This document shows, piece by piece, positions 38,121 to 53,000 of a DNA stretch of 64,000 bases (its first letter is position 1; the number at the start of each line of letters is the position of its first letter). Source of the stretch: Raillietiella orientalis (Eukaryota); contig JAYWIR010000001.1 of the NCBI GenBank assembly GCA_036172245.1, positions 3,038,001 to 3,102,000 on the forward strand. The letters run 5' to 3'. The notes under the pieces were generated by a model. It saw only the letters and a program-made list of their open reading frames with translations, had not been told where the DNA came from and made no database searches. The translations under genes were made by a program, and so were the position numbers.

Positions 38121-39849
38121 AGAGGGTGAGTGGAATTTTGTTACCTGCGATTCACATGATCCAAAAGTTTCCCTCTATCTAGTGCGTGTTGGCTCTTAAG
38201 CGTGCATCTTCGTGTAGTTGCATGCATCATCTTCTTTGCTGTTTATGGCTTGGAAGATTTCCTGTTACTTTGCTCGGCATCTGAGTTTCTAGAATTTCTA
38301 AGGATGCTCGTTTCTTCTTCGACTTTCATTTCCTGGAATACAAGGGTGATATTGCTTGCTGGGACGCCAGCAGCCGCTCCCCTAAACGGAAATGGTGGCT
38401 GAAGGAAAATCGATCTTTCCTCTCAACATGCATGGCCTGGAAAGGCCGGGAAAGACACATTTGAAAGCAAAACACAGCAAATGGTGGCAAACACACACAC
38501 ACACACAAAAAAAAAAACATGCACAATCGATTTCTTTAAGACTGTTAGTGACTGGACAGAAATTCCAAAAATGGCAACCTCTAAGACTTCAAAATTCCTC
38601 AAGTCGTTCGTCGTCGATGACAGCGCATCCTTTCGTTCTTCAAACACTGTAGCTGGAAGGATTTCCGAGACCTTCCTCCCTGTCTTTTTGTTCCTGCGCT
38701 TTGGTTTTTTGTTACAGGAGAGACTGAACTGGATTTTTCTTACATAATCCCATCGTACGCTGGAAACCCTCACTAAATGGGAGGGATGCTCTTAAACAGG
38801 CAAACGGGACGCGAACAGTTAAGAGAATCTGAATCCGTAAACCGAGAAGGTTCAAAGGGGCAAGCTAATTGGAAGGGAATTTGCTTAGAAGTTCACACAC
38901 ATACCTAAAGAAGTATTAGATTTTGGCTAAACCAATGTGATACACTTTCTTGTATTACAATTTGAATGCCTTCTAAAAAGTTTCGCATCGATCGTTTTCG
39001 CGAATCGAATGTTGTAGAACAGAGTGAGCTTCTAAGGGTGGGACTTTTTAAATCACAGCACGGATCCGCCCACCCATGCATATATACAAGTGCATACATA
39101 CAAGCAAATACAATTTGTGCGTCTGTACGCATACATATTCGTGCACACACATCTGTATACATGGACGCACACATTTGCGTCACATTCGCACGACTGGGAA
39201 TGCAGTCCAACTACGCGAAAGCAGCATGGAGAAATCCGGGTTGTACCTCTCTCCCTGTGACACGTGTTGCGGTCTGGTTCCACCGGGAAGCCTCTTGTGT
39301 CAAGAAATGGAAGAGGAGAATCGAAACGACAAGTCTTTTGAGTTGTTAGGGAAAAGTTCCTCCCCGTATCGCCACAATAAGAAGGCGAGAGAAGGGAAAT
39401 CGCGACCCCTGTTTATCTAAAGAAAAGTATTCGCGAGCGCGGATGACGTCATAGGCACAGGACTGCAGCTACGATGAACTAATGATCGAACCCATTGAGC
39501 TAGATAAGACATATCGAGGTTCCACATCCCTTTTCCAACTGCAACTGAGGCTGAGTTTTTTGATTTGGGAGGCTTTTTGAACGCTCGGGAACGAGTGCGT
39601 CAGAAGGGAGGTTTTTCCATGGCTCATTCCTTGAACCTCGAAAGACCATCGGTGACCACTCTGATGCACTCTGTGACTGGAGCCTGCATTGTGAAGAGAC
39701 ACTGAAATCTTAGAGTTCTTATTCTTCTTCCAGCGCCCTTAGTTTCCCTCCTGCTCTGGATCTGAAATGATGACTTTCCGATGCCAGCGTCCGAGAGCAT
39801 CGATGAGATCCCAGATTGCGGATTCCAAATCCCTGACGCATCTTCGGAG

Positions 39850-42800
39850 AGCTAGAGCGAATGGTTGCTCCCCAAAATAGGCTGGTTCGCTCAACAGATC
39901 GTGAAGAAAGGGAACTCTCTGGACCTACGGCGCTTAGGACGACATTGTTTCAGCCAGCAGAAGATTCGTTTCCCCTTACTCTCTCTTCCCCCTTCTTTTC
40001 AAACTCTAGATGCCTTGCACCTGTTTCCGAATAGCTGGATGCGCTTCAAGTCCTGCTAGCAAAGAAGAAACGGGGATCTTCCAGCCTCATCCGCTCTGTT
40101 GGTCGTGACGGTCGCACCCTGGTGGGAGCGAAGTTCTGGAAGCTTTGATGTAGATCGCGTTTCCTGGGATGCTGCGAGATCTCTCCGCCGCAGTTCTTCA
40201 TTTTGTGGTTTGCCGGAACGGTGGAGCTGGTTGGCTCGCCTGAAGCGAGCTTCTGTCGTTCCTGAAGGTCACGTGAACTGACTGGAAGAGCTGATTCCCT
40301 TCCATTTCCCTCAGCGTGTCCGCAGAGGTCCTCTGCCGGAGTCCGTGAAGACTTTTGCCTCTTGGACGCATCCTGAAGGTCGAATCATCCCTCTGTTTGA
40401 ATTTTCATCACAGGGGCGCCGCAGAGTTCCTTCTGACGTCCCTCGCTTAAGATCGATTCGTTCTTCGCGGCTGCATCTCTCTTCTCTCACACGAGAGCAG
40501 GATCCAAAGATTTTTCTCATGTGTGAATTTTTACAACCTTCCAGAAAACAGGAAGCGGACGGTGTTTTGTCCTGGGTCACGCAAGTGCAGCTGCTTGGTG
40601 CCTTTTGTGTTTCTTTGGCGTTTAAATAAACCAAATGTCTCCTCACCTTTGCCATGGAAACAGGCATTGCAGCTGCTCCGCTCCCAGAACGATGCAGCCC
40701 TTTTCATTTCTAATCCCTAGAAGCAGTTTCAAGGAGCCGAATTCCATGCCAGTTTCCGTGTTCCTGGATCGAAGATACGAGTTCGCGTTTCCTTGACAAC
40801 CGAGGATGCAAGGGCTGGCTGGCTTTGTGCTCGTGGATCTGTTTATCTCGTTCGAGTGTCCTCATCAAGTGCATGTGGGATGCTAATCGGATGGATGCTC
40901 TGCGATCGCTGGAAACTTCCCGCTTTTAGCTTTGCCTGTCGCTTGTTTCAGTCGATAGAAGAGGCGTCTCCATGAAACAGAAGGATCTGTTCTTCACGGA
41001 AGCGAACTGGGAAGAAAACCATTCCTGTTTCTTCCGATCGAAAGCATCTCCCGGTGGGAAAAAAACTGATTTCACTGGACTCAATTTTTCACCTGAATTT
41101 TGTGCATTCGAGCGTGGTTTCGTCTTTCTTAATTCCGCGCCGAGAAGCCGACCTTCAAGGAATTGCCAACGGATTGTGGAAGGAAAGTGGCACAAGATTT
41201 CTCCGAAAGCGATGTCTTCGTCTCCTTAACCCTGCCTCTCTCTTTTTTTTGGGGGGTTGCTTCTCTGCCCCGCATCCAATTTCCAGAACCAGGAAGCCTT
41301 GCTCTGATCGTTTTGTAACGGGAAGAGCAAGTCCCTCAAAGTCCGCGCTGCCGGTGGTACTCTTTCCATCTCCGCTACCTGCCGGCTCGCAAATTTCGTC
41401 GGGGAGAGAGCAGTTAATGATGAAGGCGCATAGAGACGACTTCATACCTTTTTGTGGCGTCGGGGCGTGAAGGGGATCAGAAAGTCTTCAGGAGTAGATC
41501 ATCTGGGACGAGGATTCTCGTGGCAGTTTTTTTTTTTTTTTTGCATTCGAAGGTGCCTGCACCAGGGATACGTACTCAGAAAAAGCCGAATATGGATTGA
41601 CATCAGACGCCGTCAGCGGCAGATTTCAGGAAGCAGCTGAGAGAGATCACCTAAAAGTTTTGCACGAGATGAGAACCTTCACACCTGATGCAGAAGTGTC
41701 TTCTGCTCATTCCTAGGAGCTGCTGACGATATCCATCTGCACGATATCAAGTGCCTTCTTAGCTACGTGGCTTCGGAAGACCTCGCGCTCGATGTGGGTG
41801 GTGATCAGGAAAATCATGGCAAGGACCGTTTAACTTGAGAAATTGCAGGGATTTCGCGTCTCCCGGTTTATCGGTTGAGGGCTGCTCGCTGCATGTCCCG
41901 CATGAGTTCTCCGAATGTGGTTATCTGAGGACTCGATCCACTTGCTTTTTGGTTCCGACTTCACTCCCGGCACGGGCCTGCTACACTTTGGCGATCACTT
42001 GAGCGAAAATCCTGAGCGGCGAGCCTGCCGGCAAAATGGCGGGTCATGTGCGAACTGGACGGAAGAAGGAAAGCGTTAGATGCGTGGATGACGGGTCAGC
42101 TGACCGATGCTGTGATCCCAAATGCCCCAATTAAAGAACTTTTGCGCTGGAGTGAGCTGCTAGGAATTCCCAGGGATGACCTCGAGTGGCCCTCAGTTCT
42201 GGAAAACTCTCGCACCCTTCCTCTTAAGCGGCAAGAGTCGAAGATCCTGATGTTGCATTGGGGTCTGCCGTGCAACATCCTCCGACATCACTGAATCCGG
42301 GGGAGTGGGGAGGGGTGAATCCGAACTGTAGCAGGTTCTGCGGGGAACGAGAGTCCTCCTCAACTTGCTCTTTGGATTGCGTTGCCCTCCGGACCCTGTG
42401 GGAACGCTTTGCCGCGACCCTAGGATCTACCGAAGGCAACCCCAGAGACGTTTTAAGACTCCTTTTCTTTCGAAGTGTCCTACCGCCAGCTGCATTCCCA
42501 GCAGCTTTCTGCTGCCTACGTGGGATCGTAGCTGCCTGGAGCGCCGTCGAGAGAGGCGAGGACGACAGAGATGCCACCCATTTCGCGGTCAGCTTCGTAA
42601 GGATTCGCGTCGAGGTGATCCCATCTGGGGAACACGCAGCGTGAACTTGCCAGCATCCTTGAAAGAATGCAGAGGACACCCCATAGCATACAGTGATCCC
42701 ATCCCTCACCCCCCAGTGTGTGTTTTATATTTCTCAATTTTTTTCTTTTCTTTTCTTTTTGTTTGGTCTCCTACCATCTGCTGCCGAGGTGATCCTAGCC

Positions 42801-42850
42801 GGTCTGCGTACCGGTTCCTCGACAAGTTCCTGGATGAAAGGAACGTGGCA
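39850..42850 (+). mobile_element. Decayed L1/Tx1-like LINE ORF2 (RT to zf-RVT to 3' UTR), the best preserved in the window
   Basis: Collinear motifs: 'KKGNSLDL', 'FDVDRVSW...CGLPE..W', 'HVN...F...RVRRGPL' (RGVRQG.PL), 'FAME', 'TGRA..KSALP', 'FLWRRG', 'LHWGLPCN', 'PNCSRFCGERESS..CSLDC..LW' (zf-RVT), then a T-rich UTR shared with 24100. Confidence 0.65.
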
Positions 42851-42949
42851 GTGGAGACAATCCCACCACTGCTTTTGTACGAATAAACGTCCCGGCGCAA
42901 CCGGGTGAGAAGAACAGCGAGTTCCATTCTTCCCGTGCATTCGCATCCG

Positions 42950-43700
42950 ATCGAGGTTGCCTGCCGGAGTGCATGGAGCTGACCCGCTGCCGCTCACGTT
43001 CTCCGCAAGGGTGCTTCGTTTCCGCACGTGACAGTTACGCACTGGGAACGAACCGGTCCATCGGAACCGTTGGCTTAGGAGGCTGCAAGTAAGCGCCGAG
43101 CGAACGCTTTCTCGTTCCGACGGCATCTTTCGAACGCGGTGCGGTTGCTCCTAGTAACTCAGGGCTGGAGATGGAAGGCAAGAAAGGAAAGGGGTACGGT
43201 GAACGGTCCGCGTGCGCGCTCGATGCTTTCGTACAATGCCTTTTCAGATCTCCGTTGAGGAGATGGAAAGGTCCAGCTACTCGCGTGTCAATCCCTTTCT
43301 CATTCGCCATTTTCGCTTTCTTTGCTTCTGGAGCACTCGTTTGTCCTGCGAATTCGAAGACGCGCGGCGAAACCCAATAAAATGAAAATGGCAGGGAGGG
43401 AAAACAAATGGGGGAGGGGGGAGGGGAGAGACTTCCCGCTTTTTCCTGAAGCTCATCGAGCACTGGAAGCGCTCGAACCTCGGTGGAAGCGCGCGTCGAT
43501 CACTTTCGCTTTCAGTGACATGCATTTCACCTGCAGAGAGATGGATGCAGGCTGCGTCGGGCGTGGGTTTTTCCCCCTTCCCCTCCCAGATGGGTTGCGG
43601 AGCTGCTTCCCGACGACGCGTTGTCCCCTGGAGGGAATGGCATGCGTGCACGCGCCTTGGGAACTTCCAGGGGTTTCCCACGAAAGTTCTCAACGCGATG
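42950..43700 (-). mobile_element. L1/Tx1-like RT N-terminal relic
   Basis: 'KPTPDA' (K.PGPDG), 'AKKAK', 'PFHLLNGDLK...KA' (PISLLN.D.K), 'ISSPELLG', 'LLSQRF'. Confidence 0.4.
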
Positions 43701-45249
43701 CGCAGATTCTGTGATCACACACTTCACGTGACCATGGCTACGGTGAACTAAGTTCAGCATGCAAGAAAGTAAAATGTATTACTCCGGAGATTAATTAATA
43801 ATTCAGGGCGCTGAGATAATATATAAATGAAGCATCCACAAACACGGTTTGATGTCCGTTGGTTCCCAGATGGTCAACAACCACCGATCGCCCTTGATAA
43901 TTCTTCACCATGGTTTCCTCTAGCTAAGTTTCACGGTCTGCAGGAATATTTCTCAACCCACAAAATAACTCGTTAGTCTTGTTACTCTTTGCAGAGTAGC
44001 AGCATCCCTGCTTCTAGCACTTGACCTTGCAAACAGGAGCACCTTGCACGCCCAAATTCGTCCCGGTGGGACTCCTTTTCAACGGGAACAAATGTTTCCA
44101 GCCGCTCACAGCCCTTCTGCTCGCGGCCGAGTCTCCTTTTCTTTCGGTCGTCTCCTCTCCTCCTTGTTTTCCGCTTAAGTCGTAAGACTGAGAGCAGATT
44201 ATGGTAGGAACAACGAAGGTGTCTTTTGGGGACAGACAATAATGCCTGGAGTGCTTTTCGAAGGAGCGCTTCTCGAAGATACCAGTCGAAAAGATTTGGC
44301 AGCAGGAATTCCGCTCGGAATCTCCCTCCTTCCCGACTCTTGGGTGATGGGCGCAGCCAGGAGATTCAGCTGAAAAGGGAATTCATCAAGGTGGCTCAGG
44401 ACGGGGCAGCGCAAGTGAAATCGGGAAACAGTTCAGGGGGAATTCGAAGCTCAGGTTGAAAGAAAATCAGACTGGGAGGTCCTCGGGCCATTACTGGAGA
44501 TGGAAATACTAAAATATGGGTCCGGAAATCGCTCCAATCTTTCTAAGCGTGGATCTTTCTTTCAAAGAGGGAAAGGCGCACCCATTCACGCTGAATGCCT
44601 TGAAGGCAGTTATTTGGCACCCCTTGATAGCCAACCCATTTTCTACGGTGAGCTTCCGTGTCGCTCAGGACTGATGGCCGCAGCGACGCTTTTCCTTCCT
44701 GTCACATCTCCGGAATGTGTAAGCCATCGCACACGTGCTCGAATGCAAGCTGAGGAATGAAGAAGTAGCTGCAGAACAGGAAGGCTCAGATTCTCAGGGA
44801 TCCAGGATTGCCAAGAGTTCTAGGCGAAAGCCTTGCTTTTTTTTCATTCGCTCACGCAAAGCATGCTCTTTCCGTCTAGTGAAATCATTTACGAATGCTC
44901 CTAAATTATTTAGTAGGGCGAGCAGAGCTACCTTCGCGGGAAGATCAGCGCGAGGCCATCTTTCTCTTGTCGACTTCGTTTGAACTCACCAGCTGTGATT
45001 TTGTTTCTTCTGCTTGGTGGCGGATAGCGGATTCTTCACTGGAATCACGTGGTTCGAATGAAACTCTTGCTCCTGAGCTCGCTCCAGCCTCTAAGCTCGC
45101 CTTCCAGTGACGGCTTGCAGGAGAGATCTCGAACGCAGAAAGATGGGAAGCCACGTCACCGGATTTCATCATCTCCGACTGATGTCTCTTGACCTCACCT
45201 TCCAAGGCGGAGTAGGCAAGAAATGTCTACAGCTCCAGAGCTTCCACAA

Positions 45250-45750
45250 ACAAACCACAAACCAAAGAAAAAAACGACCAGGATGGTCAAGGGGAGAAAC
45301 ACGCTAGAATTCCGCATTGCAGAGCGGAACTGCCGAAACTGAGAGCAGCCTTCTGTGTTCCATCTGCCGTTGGCGTTCGGTCCAATTCGGTCCAATATCC
45401 CATATGCTGCAGAGAAGTTCGCTGCAGTCCCAGGAACCGCAACTGGTTTCGTGCGTCTTGACTTCCCTATTTCCGGAGTCGAGCCCACAGCTCCGAACCC
45501 TTTGGGAGAAACGCGCGGTTGCAAGCGAAGAGATTCCCATCTTTCGCCGAATAAACCAAGGGAAACTTTTCCCGCTCATTCAAAGAATCACTTGCTGGTT
45601 GTCCGGTGATTTGCTCTTCTTCACGCAGTGCTTTTGGCACGAACATTACTGTTTCCTCTTTCTTCACTTCTTGCTCCGACGAAACGAGGTATTGATTTGC
45701 GCATCCTCTCGCCTTTTTCGAGCTTACCATGGAAACGCGATCCACGAAAG
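45250..45750 (+). mobile_element. Possible LINE zf-RVT/3' relic
   Basis: 'EFRIAER', 'LFPESSPQLRTLWE' (LF.EC....LW) and 'RRNEVL'. These are weak matches. Confidence 0.25.
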
Positions 45751-48700
45751 CTTCCGCAGTCCGCAAAGGCCTCGAACTTCTTCACGTCGGTAATCCCGTG
45801 GACGATAATTCTCTCTGCAAGTTCAGATTCAATCCGCAATTAGCGTGATTATGAAATGTTACTCGATGATGGCACCAAATGAGGTTTACATTCTCACAGT
45901 AGTAATCTTGATCGATACACATCTCGGTCGTAATCGTGCGCCGAGGATGTGCTGATCGCTTACACAGTGTTTATATCTGTGAAATCCTCGAAATCTAGTT
46001 TATGAGATCCCATTAGAAATCGTCTCAATTTATATGGACCTCTCAGTGGCCTTCTAATAAGTCCAGCTGCTCGTCATTTTCCAATCTTCCCTTGGATGTT
46101 GCGTGCACCCTCGTTGCATCACGAGTAGATGACGTGGTTCTCTAGAAACACTTTCGAATGTCTTATAAACATGTCGATGAAGATGAAGTGCCATTTTATT
46201 GATTTCTTTGGATTTGAGCTCAAGACGGTGAGAGGCTGGTTGGAATTTTCTTTCGGATTGGTCCTTCCGCTCCTCGGTTTGCTTGGGTTCACTTCTCTTA
46301 CACGGAGTTGTTTGCTGCACCTTTATCTGGCGGTCGAGGAAGAAGTTAAGGATACTGCGTGTGATGCTGCGTGGAGCTTTCCTGCGTCTCGTTGCCTTCG
46401 ATGGGGTTTTTGCGAGGAACTTGCTCTTGGAGGAATGGGCCTTTTAACGGTCTGGAAGATAAGCCGGAGGATTTTCAAAATACGAGAAGGATTCTTTTAT
46501 TTCGTTTTTATTTTTATTTATTTTTTTGAAAAAAAAAGTTTGGACGCGATGGTACATAAAGTGGAGTGTTCCAATGCCTGTCGTACGTACTTACGTTCTG
46601 CAAGGAAGTCATGTCGAAAGGCACGTTCCTTGCCCTTTTGTGGAGAGCCTGCAGGATCAATATGATAGAATGTTCCTGGAGCCTCGACGTTCCCGACACT
46701 GTCAAACTAGATGTATCCAAAGGATCACGTGTGTTCACGTGCTTCTTTGAATGGCGGGGGAACTTTTGGGAGTGTTCGCTCCCTGTGTACGTGCGATTTA
46801 AAGTGTATGTGTTTGCATAATTGTACATGTGGCATTCTGGAAGTTCTCACTTATCAGTGGCTGTTTCTAAGCAGCACTCCGGTTTAGTCTCCATGGAATA
46901 ATAATGAATATTATCTTAGTATCTTCTCCGATTACACTACGGAGGAAAATAAAAAGACCCAGATAGTTTAAAAATCCGTGATTAAATTAAATTATTATTT
47001 AGACTCTAATCAACCTTTCCACTCTATTTTAAAGGTGGTTTTTGGATCCATTCGTGTTTCTCTCTAGATTTAAATTAAGAAACTACAAAACGAATCATCA
47101 CCATCCCCTTAGGTGAATTTTTCCTACTCCTTATGGAGCTCATTTTTTTGGAAGATCACTACTGAGCCTCATATTTTAGAGAAGATTATATGGTCTCTCT
47201 CAGGATTCATAAGCCAAGATATGTCTAACACAAAAATATAACGATGGATATGATTCCAGGGTAATATGAATATATTTAATAATCATTATTGAACTAAATA
47301 TATGATTGTTATGGAATTTGTATATTCATGATCATTTTTAAGGAAACTATGGTGCTAGTTTATCCAAAATTCCTAAACCCTTCTTATTACAGCATGCATC
47401 GCAGCTTTTGTCTCTCCAAGATTTATAGATTCTCCTTACTGAAGCGAAGAGCCTCTGATTTTATTTTTTTTTTTGCAGTGTGGACATGCGGTGACTTTTG
47501 CTTCACCTAACTACCTACTTTATCAGTGCTCACCAAGTACCAAAGGAATTAAGGAAAGGTTTTTTTTTTTTTTTTTCAAAAACAAAACAAACAAACATGC
47601 AATGTAGGAATGAATGGAAATTGTTTTTTTAAGATGGGAAGTAAAAATGAGATTCATTTTGCCAGCAAAGCTCTTCTTCATCTCATATTCATGAGTTTTT
47701 TTTTTTTTTTTGAAACTTGCGATGGGTATTCTGAGCGTCGCGGTCCCGCTATCCCGAGTCCCACTGTGATTTCTTGATATCTGCTTGCTGACCGCAGTCC
47801 CTACACTTAAGAGGATTGCCTGTTTCTTGTCACGAAGCAGGGCAACGGTAGGGAAAAATCACGTCGACCTTGAGAATTCGGTTGGGAACGATTTTCCTTC
47901 GAAAGGGCATCGAAGAGGGAACGAAATGCAGGAAGCGTAAATGAGATAATTGGTTCATTTCCGACAGTGAGCCATGGAACATCACGGAGCTTGGAATTCG
48001 ATACCGAGACAGGGAGAGAGGAGAGAGAGGGAAGAAAATGCGTCTAGAGCTACGTGATGCTGGTATGCAAGTTGGTTTCTTGGCTCCTCATCGTGCTTCC
48101 AGGTCCTGGAACATCTTTGCGTTAAAAATCACGCGGTGAGGCAAGAAGTGAAACGCAGATGGGGTTCTCGAAGTAGCCAACGCTGCTCCGTACCCCCTAA
48201 GGAGGTTTCCGTCCGGACCAGCAGACCCGAGGGCTCTATCCACATCTTCAGCTCGCCTTGATCCAAGAGAACCCTGGGGCGGAAAGAAGTTTCAGTAACC
48301 TGATCTTGCCACTACCCGAGCTTTCCAATTTTCAGGAACACCTCATGGGAATTTCGTCTTTCCTTTTTTTTTTTTTTTTTTCATTTTGACATTAGAGAGA
48401 AACTGCTGCCATCTGTTTCCAGAATTTCCAGAATGCTCCTCTGCAAACTTGCGGTTTCGATTTACGGTTGCGGAGGCGCTTGCAGGATGAGTACTCCAGT
48501 TGTTGAACTTCCTGCTTTGCTGAGCTCCCTGAAATTCGGGTTTCGCTCTCCGCAACCAGCAGCAAGCGCTGGACCCACGCGAGATTCGTCCCGTGTCGCG
48601 AGACTTCCGAGCTCAGAATCCTCCTCGTTCTTTCTCTGTTCGGGACCCTTTTCGACCCCGAGCTTTGCACTCCTTTCATTAGGTTCAGGAGGTTCAGGAG

Positions 48701-49399
48701 CTCCACCGCTGCTGGTCATGGTGCTCGGCGCTGCTGGCGCAACTTCCGACGTTTGATGGCGCAGGCACCAAACTCCTCTCCTGTGTTCCTACATTTCTGA
48801 TTTCATCTCCGCAAGGTGATGCGCGGGTGCGCCCCTAAAGCAGCGTTGCTGAAAGTTGCAGAGGTGAACGTCACTGTTTTCATACCTCCAGGTAAGCTGC
48901 GGTTAGAGGAACAGATAACCCCCAGCTGCACACTAATAGCGTGATGGCTCCACAGTTTTATTGCATGGCTCTCTCTTATCTAGAAAAACACTAACGTGTT
49001 TCACCATACTTGAGGAGGTTCCATACATAGGCAAGCAGCTTCATTTAGAGCCAACCAAATGTCTCGGATTCCAAACAGCAAGAATCTCGCTCCTTCCGTC
49101 ACGTGTGCCATCTTCCCTTCCTTCAGCCCCCCTTCTTTTTCCACGCCAATTCAAGCCACGGATCCAATTTTCATAGCCGGGTTGATGAAAAATTACCCCA
49201 CCCTCATCACCACCAGTTCCCCTATGCAACATCAACTCACTTTTCTTCCTTTCCCTTTCGGAAAGAGATCTGCTAATCTCATCATCCTCGGCACGAGATG
49301 AACTCCCCCCTCGCACAGATCGTTTCCCACCGCAGTTCGTCATTTTCAGCGGGATTGCATTAATGATGAGAGAATTGAAAAAGTGTTTTCTTTTTTCTT

Positions 49400-51600
49400 T
49401 TATTCCCATTCTTCGTCTTCCATTGTCCAGATTTCAGCTTACAGGGGAATATCCTTTACGTGATTGGCCCAAAGAGAAGCTTCCCGTTGGTTGGAATCCG
49501 CTCTTTCCGAAATCATCAACAAAGAATTATTTTTTTTACATTCCGCGCTATAAGGAACTCTCTCCTGTACGCGAAAGAGAAGATTTCTCTTTCCGGCCTA
49601 CTGTCCAGAGCGCCATGCTAATGAGATCCTGGGGGGTCCTAAGGAGCAGGCCGCAATGAATATGCCTCTTCTAAATCGCTCTTCCTTCGCAGTTGTCTTC
49701 AGTTGCACGGTTTTAAAGTTTCTGTGTTGAATGTCCGAAAAGTGCCCGACGTTTCGAAAAAAAAAAAAAAAAAAACAAAGAAAGAAATGGCACCAAAACA
49801 TCCATTAAATTACAGGTCACCTATTGATGAGATAATCTATCAATCTACTAATGAGCTCTCATTGTGATATACTCCAAACTTCAATCTGGAAATGGAAGAG
49901 AGAAAGTTTAGTGGGCGTGCAGTTTGAGGAGAGGTGTGGTCCATAAGCTTTAGTAAAATTCTCTATTCGTCTTCAGAGCTCACACTGGTTCCCAAATTAC
50001 CCTGGATTTTGCACTTCTTTGAAATCTGGTGTTGCCTCTTCTATGAACCCGCTGCAAGCCTGTGGATGGTGGATGTTTGTGCTTAGATAAGCTGCACGCC
50101 TATGTCAGCTCCAGACACGGAAGTGCATAAATCTTGATCAATGCGCTTTACTGCTTCCTCCACTGTCCTTTGTCCTCGGGTACTTTTGTCTGGAGCCTAA
50201 GGACTGTTCAGACCATGGACGGAGGTAGACACAGAGTAAACATAATAAAAGGACAATAGAAGTCGGCGGCTCCGGACTTGGAAAAGTCACTTCAGAGTCA
50301 TTTTGCATGGAGGAACATTCATTTGGATATCCTCTAAACGTCGGTCAATTATTGATGTTTTTTCCCCGCAACTTTGTCATCTGATTTTCAAGGCGTGGAA
50401 TTCTTTCCTCTCCCCGCACTCTTTTTTTTTTTAATCCAGTCATGAGCATCCGACTTTAGATGACCTCAGATCAAAGCCAAAGCACTTTCTTCGACTATTC
50501 CATTTCCTTCGCAAACGGTGCACTCCTGCACGTTTTTTCGAGATCCCATGACATCATCACCATCACCTGCGCAGCATAAGTTGCGAATGGGTGCTTGCTG
50601 GTGATGAGCCGAAATTGGAAGTTCCAGCAGCTTCATAGGTGAGAATCTCCCACCGATTACGATTCGTTCTGATCCTGGTTTCAGCCTCGATTTCTGCTAG
50701 AAGGATTGGCTGTCGTTGTCGATTCCAACATGTCTGTTGCAGCGAAGACTACAGTGCTCCAGTTTCTCAGCTCTGAGAGTCTCCATTACCTTCTATGTAC
50801 CTCGAAGAGCACCTGGTCCAGTGATCACAACGTTTACACGGTTTCTCCACAATGGAAACTCGGGACGCACGGCCCACTGAAAACCTCAACAGTTTGATCG
50901 TGCAGTCTTGGTCTTGCATCCAAAAAAAAAAAAAAAAAATCCCGAAGCAAGCATAGTCTTAATCTCGATAGCAGGGGTTCTTTTCGAGAAGATTGCCTTT
51001 TCCGTTGAGAGGCCAGTACATTAACCCCGAAAAACGAGGACTGGAAACTATGAAATTTATTTAGTCCACACATTCAAAGATGGAAAGTTTCATTATCGTT
51101 AAAGAAATAAAATGAAACGAAGGACAGTGTTCTGGTTGCCTTTGATTCAGGAAGCCAAGTACAATTTTATTGTCCGTCCATGTACTCATGGTACACTGAA
51201 GGTGCATTTAGATGATTGCAAATAACGGCGCTGAATCAAGCAGCTTCCAAAGAATTAGCTACACAAATGCCAAAGTTCTTCTTCATTTTCAGAATTCTCG
51301 AAGAGAACAAAATCCTTGCCTCAGCAGAGTGTTTTGCAAGTGTCTGTGTCAGGACTCACCAACCGGTGCTTGGGATGGTACACCCGAATAGAGACTGAAC
51401 GCCCATTGAAGGTCCCGTCACAGAAAACAGAGTTCTCCCTCTTCCTTGCAGGCTCGAATTTTGCACGTCTGTGTTTAGGTCCCACGCCAGTCGGGCCGTG
51501 ACCTCGTTCAGAAATGCACCCCACATTCTCTCGGGGCAACGTGTTCAGAAATAATTCGTGGGTCCTGGCATCGATGATGTCCACTTAGTGCGAGCATTCC
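49400..51600 (+). mobile_element. Possible decayed L1/Tx1 ORF2 post-RT region
   Basis: 'DW.....KNY', 'RSW', 'IALPSQL', 'IWKWKR' and 'FIFRILEENKILAS' (F.F.ILH.IL.T) occur in order. These are weak matches. Confidence 0.25.
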
Positions 51601-52249
51601 TTGAGAAGCGATGCGTTTTCTTTCCTTTTCTCAAAAAAAAGAGCCCAAAATACGCGGATGAAGATGGCTGTTGGCATCCATTCTCTTCCCACCCTGATAC
51701 ACATTTGCTCCTAAACGTTGATCACCATTGCATCATTTTTTCCAAAGCTCTAAAAGTTTTCTAATTTCGTCACGATTGAGTCGTGTTTATCGCTGATGGG
51801 ACCAACGATTCACAGTGACCTCAATATTACCAACTTCTATGGGGAAAGAAACCAGGATGCTACCCGAGGCTCCTTAAATGCAAGGGAGGGTGAGTGAGAC
51901 TAGTAGGTTCTTCTCCTGGTAGTCAAGATTCTGGAGGAGAAGCAGGTGGAAAACTAGAGATAAGGATGAGTTCGTTTTCTGCTCCGTTGCTATGAGGGGT
52001 CTGAGGGGTGCAGTCGGGCTGGAAAAAATTTGACTCGCTTAGGTTTCGCCGCTGTCGCCGCACTCAAGGAAGTCTTCGAGGTGACCGAGGTCCAGTGATC
52101 TTGTTTTCACCAAAAATGGAAGCTGAGCTCTGCCAATTCCAGCAGTTTCTGCTCCCCTTGCATAGGTGTGTTCTTGGAATCTAGGAAGAATTTTCGTGGG
52201 ATTCGCACAGCGTCCTTTTCTTTGTTCAAGCTGCTTTCAGGGTGATTTC

Positions 52250-53000
52250 GAGATGCCCGCACGCTTTTTTATGGCATCCTCGCTGGTGATGAATTGGGGA
52301 GCTGCTCTCCGGAAACTATCAAGGAGAGAAAAATCAGAAGCAGAGCGTAAAGATCCGTCCCTGAGTAGGTCCGATCGGATCCTCAGCAACCCCGAACATC
52401 GCTACCATGCCGCGGGCTGTACCCAAACCAAAGCTGCAGGTGCCTACGTCACTCGAAAGTCTCCTTCGGTAGGGAACAGATGCGTTCCGCGGGAAAATTT
52501 TTCTGGAGGAGATCCAACGGAGGCTTCTTGTTCATGGATGCTCACAGTCTCGCTTGATATCTAGAAAAACAGGGGTGGGAGACTGACGGAGGCGATCTTG
52601 ACTGCTTGGAAACCGCGGCGGCATTGCCTGAATGTCCTCTTCGAGGATTTCTTTGCCCGGATGTTGCGTTTCTTTCCACTGGAGCCCTGTGAGCCTCAAC
52701 GACGCCTTTCATCTCTTCTTGAACGCTGGCCACAGTGCGATGGAGCGCGCTCTCCGGAGGCTGGGTAAAATTGACTCGTTCTCATCCTGTCCAGGATGCA
52801 CACGACCAAAATATCCCGGGCGAGCACACAGGAAAGCACCCCTGGTCCAGCGTTGCCAACATCGCAAGGTGGAAGGGATGCTAAAGTCTGACTGGTTTCC
52901 TTCCGACCCTGGTCTTCTCTTGGCCCTCAACTCGCCAACAACCAAGCTCCATGATGTTCCATGGCTCACTGTCGGAAATGAACCAATTATCTCATTTACA
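52250..53000 (-). mobile_element. L1/Tx1-like RT relic
   Basis: 'KRRPGSEGNQSDF...W' (K.PG.DG...EF..FW), 'LPSLRRARSIAL..FKK' (LP.S.R.A.I.LIPKK), later 'TQG / LYALLLIFL' (QG.PLS.LLF). Confidence 0.45.

Noticed and set aside
46850..47350. Second AT-rich block as a possible MITE or organellar insertion
   Set aside because: No terminal inverted repeats, ORF or mitochondrial gene or tRNA motif recognised.
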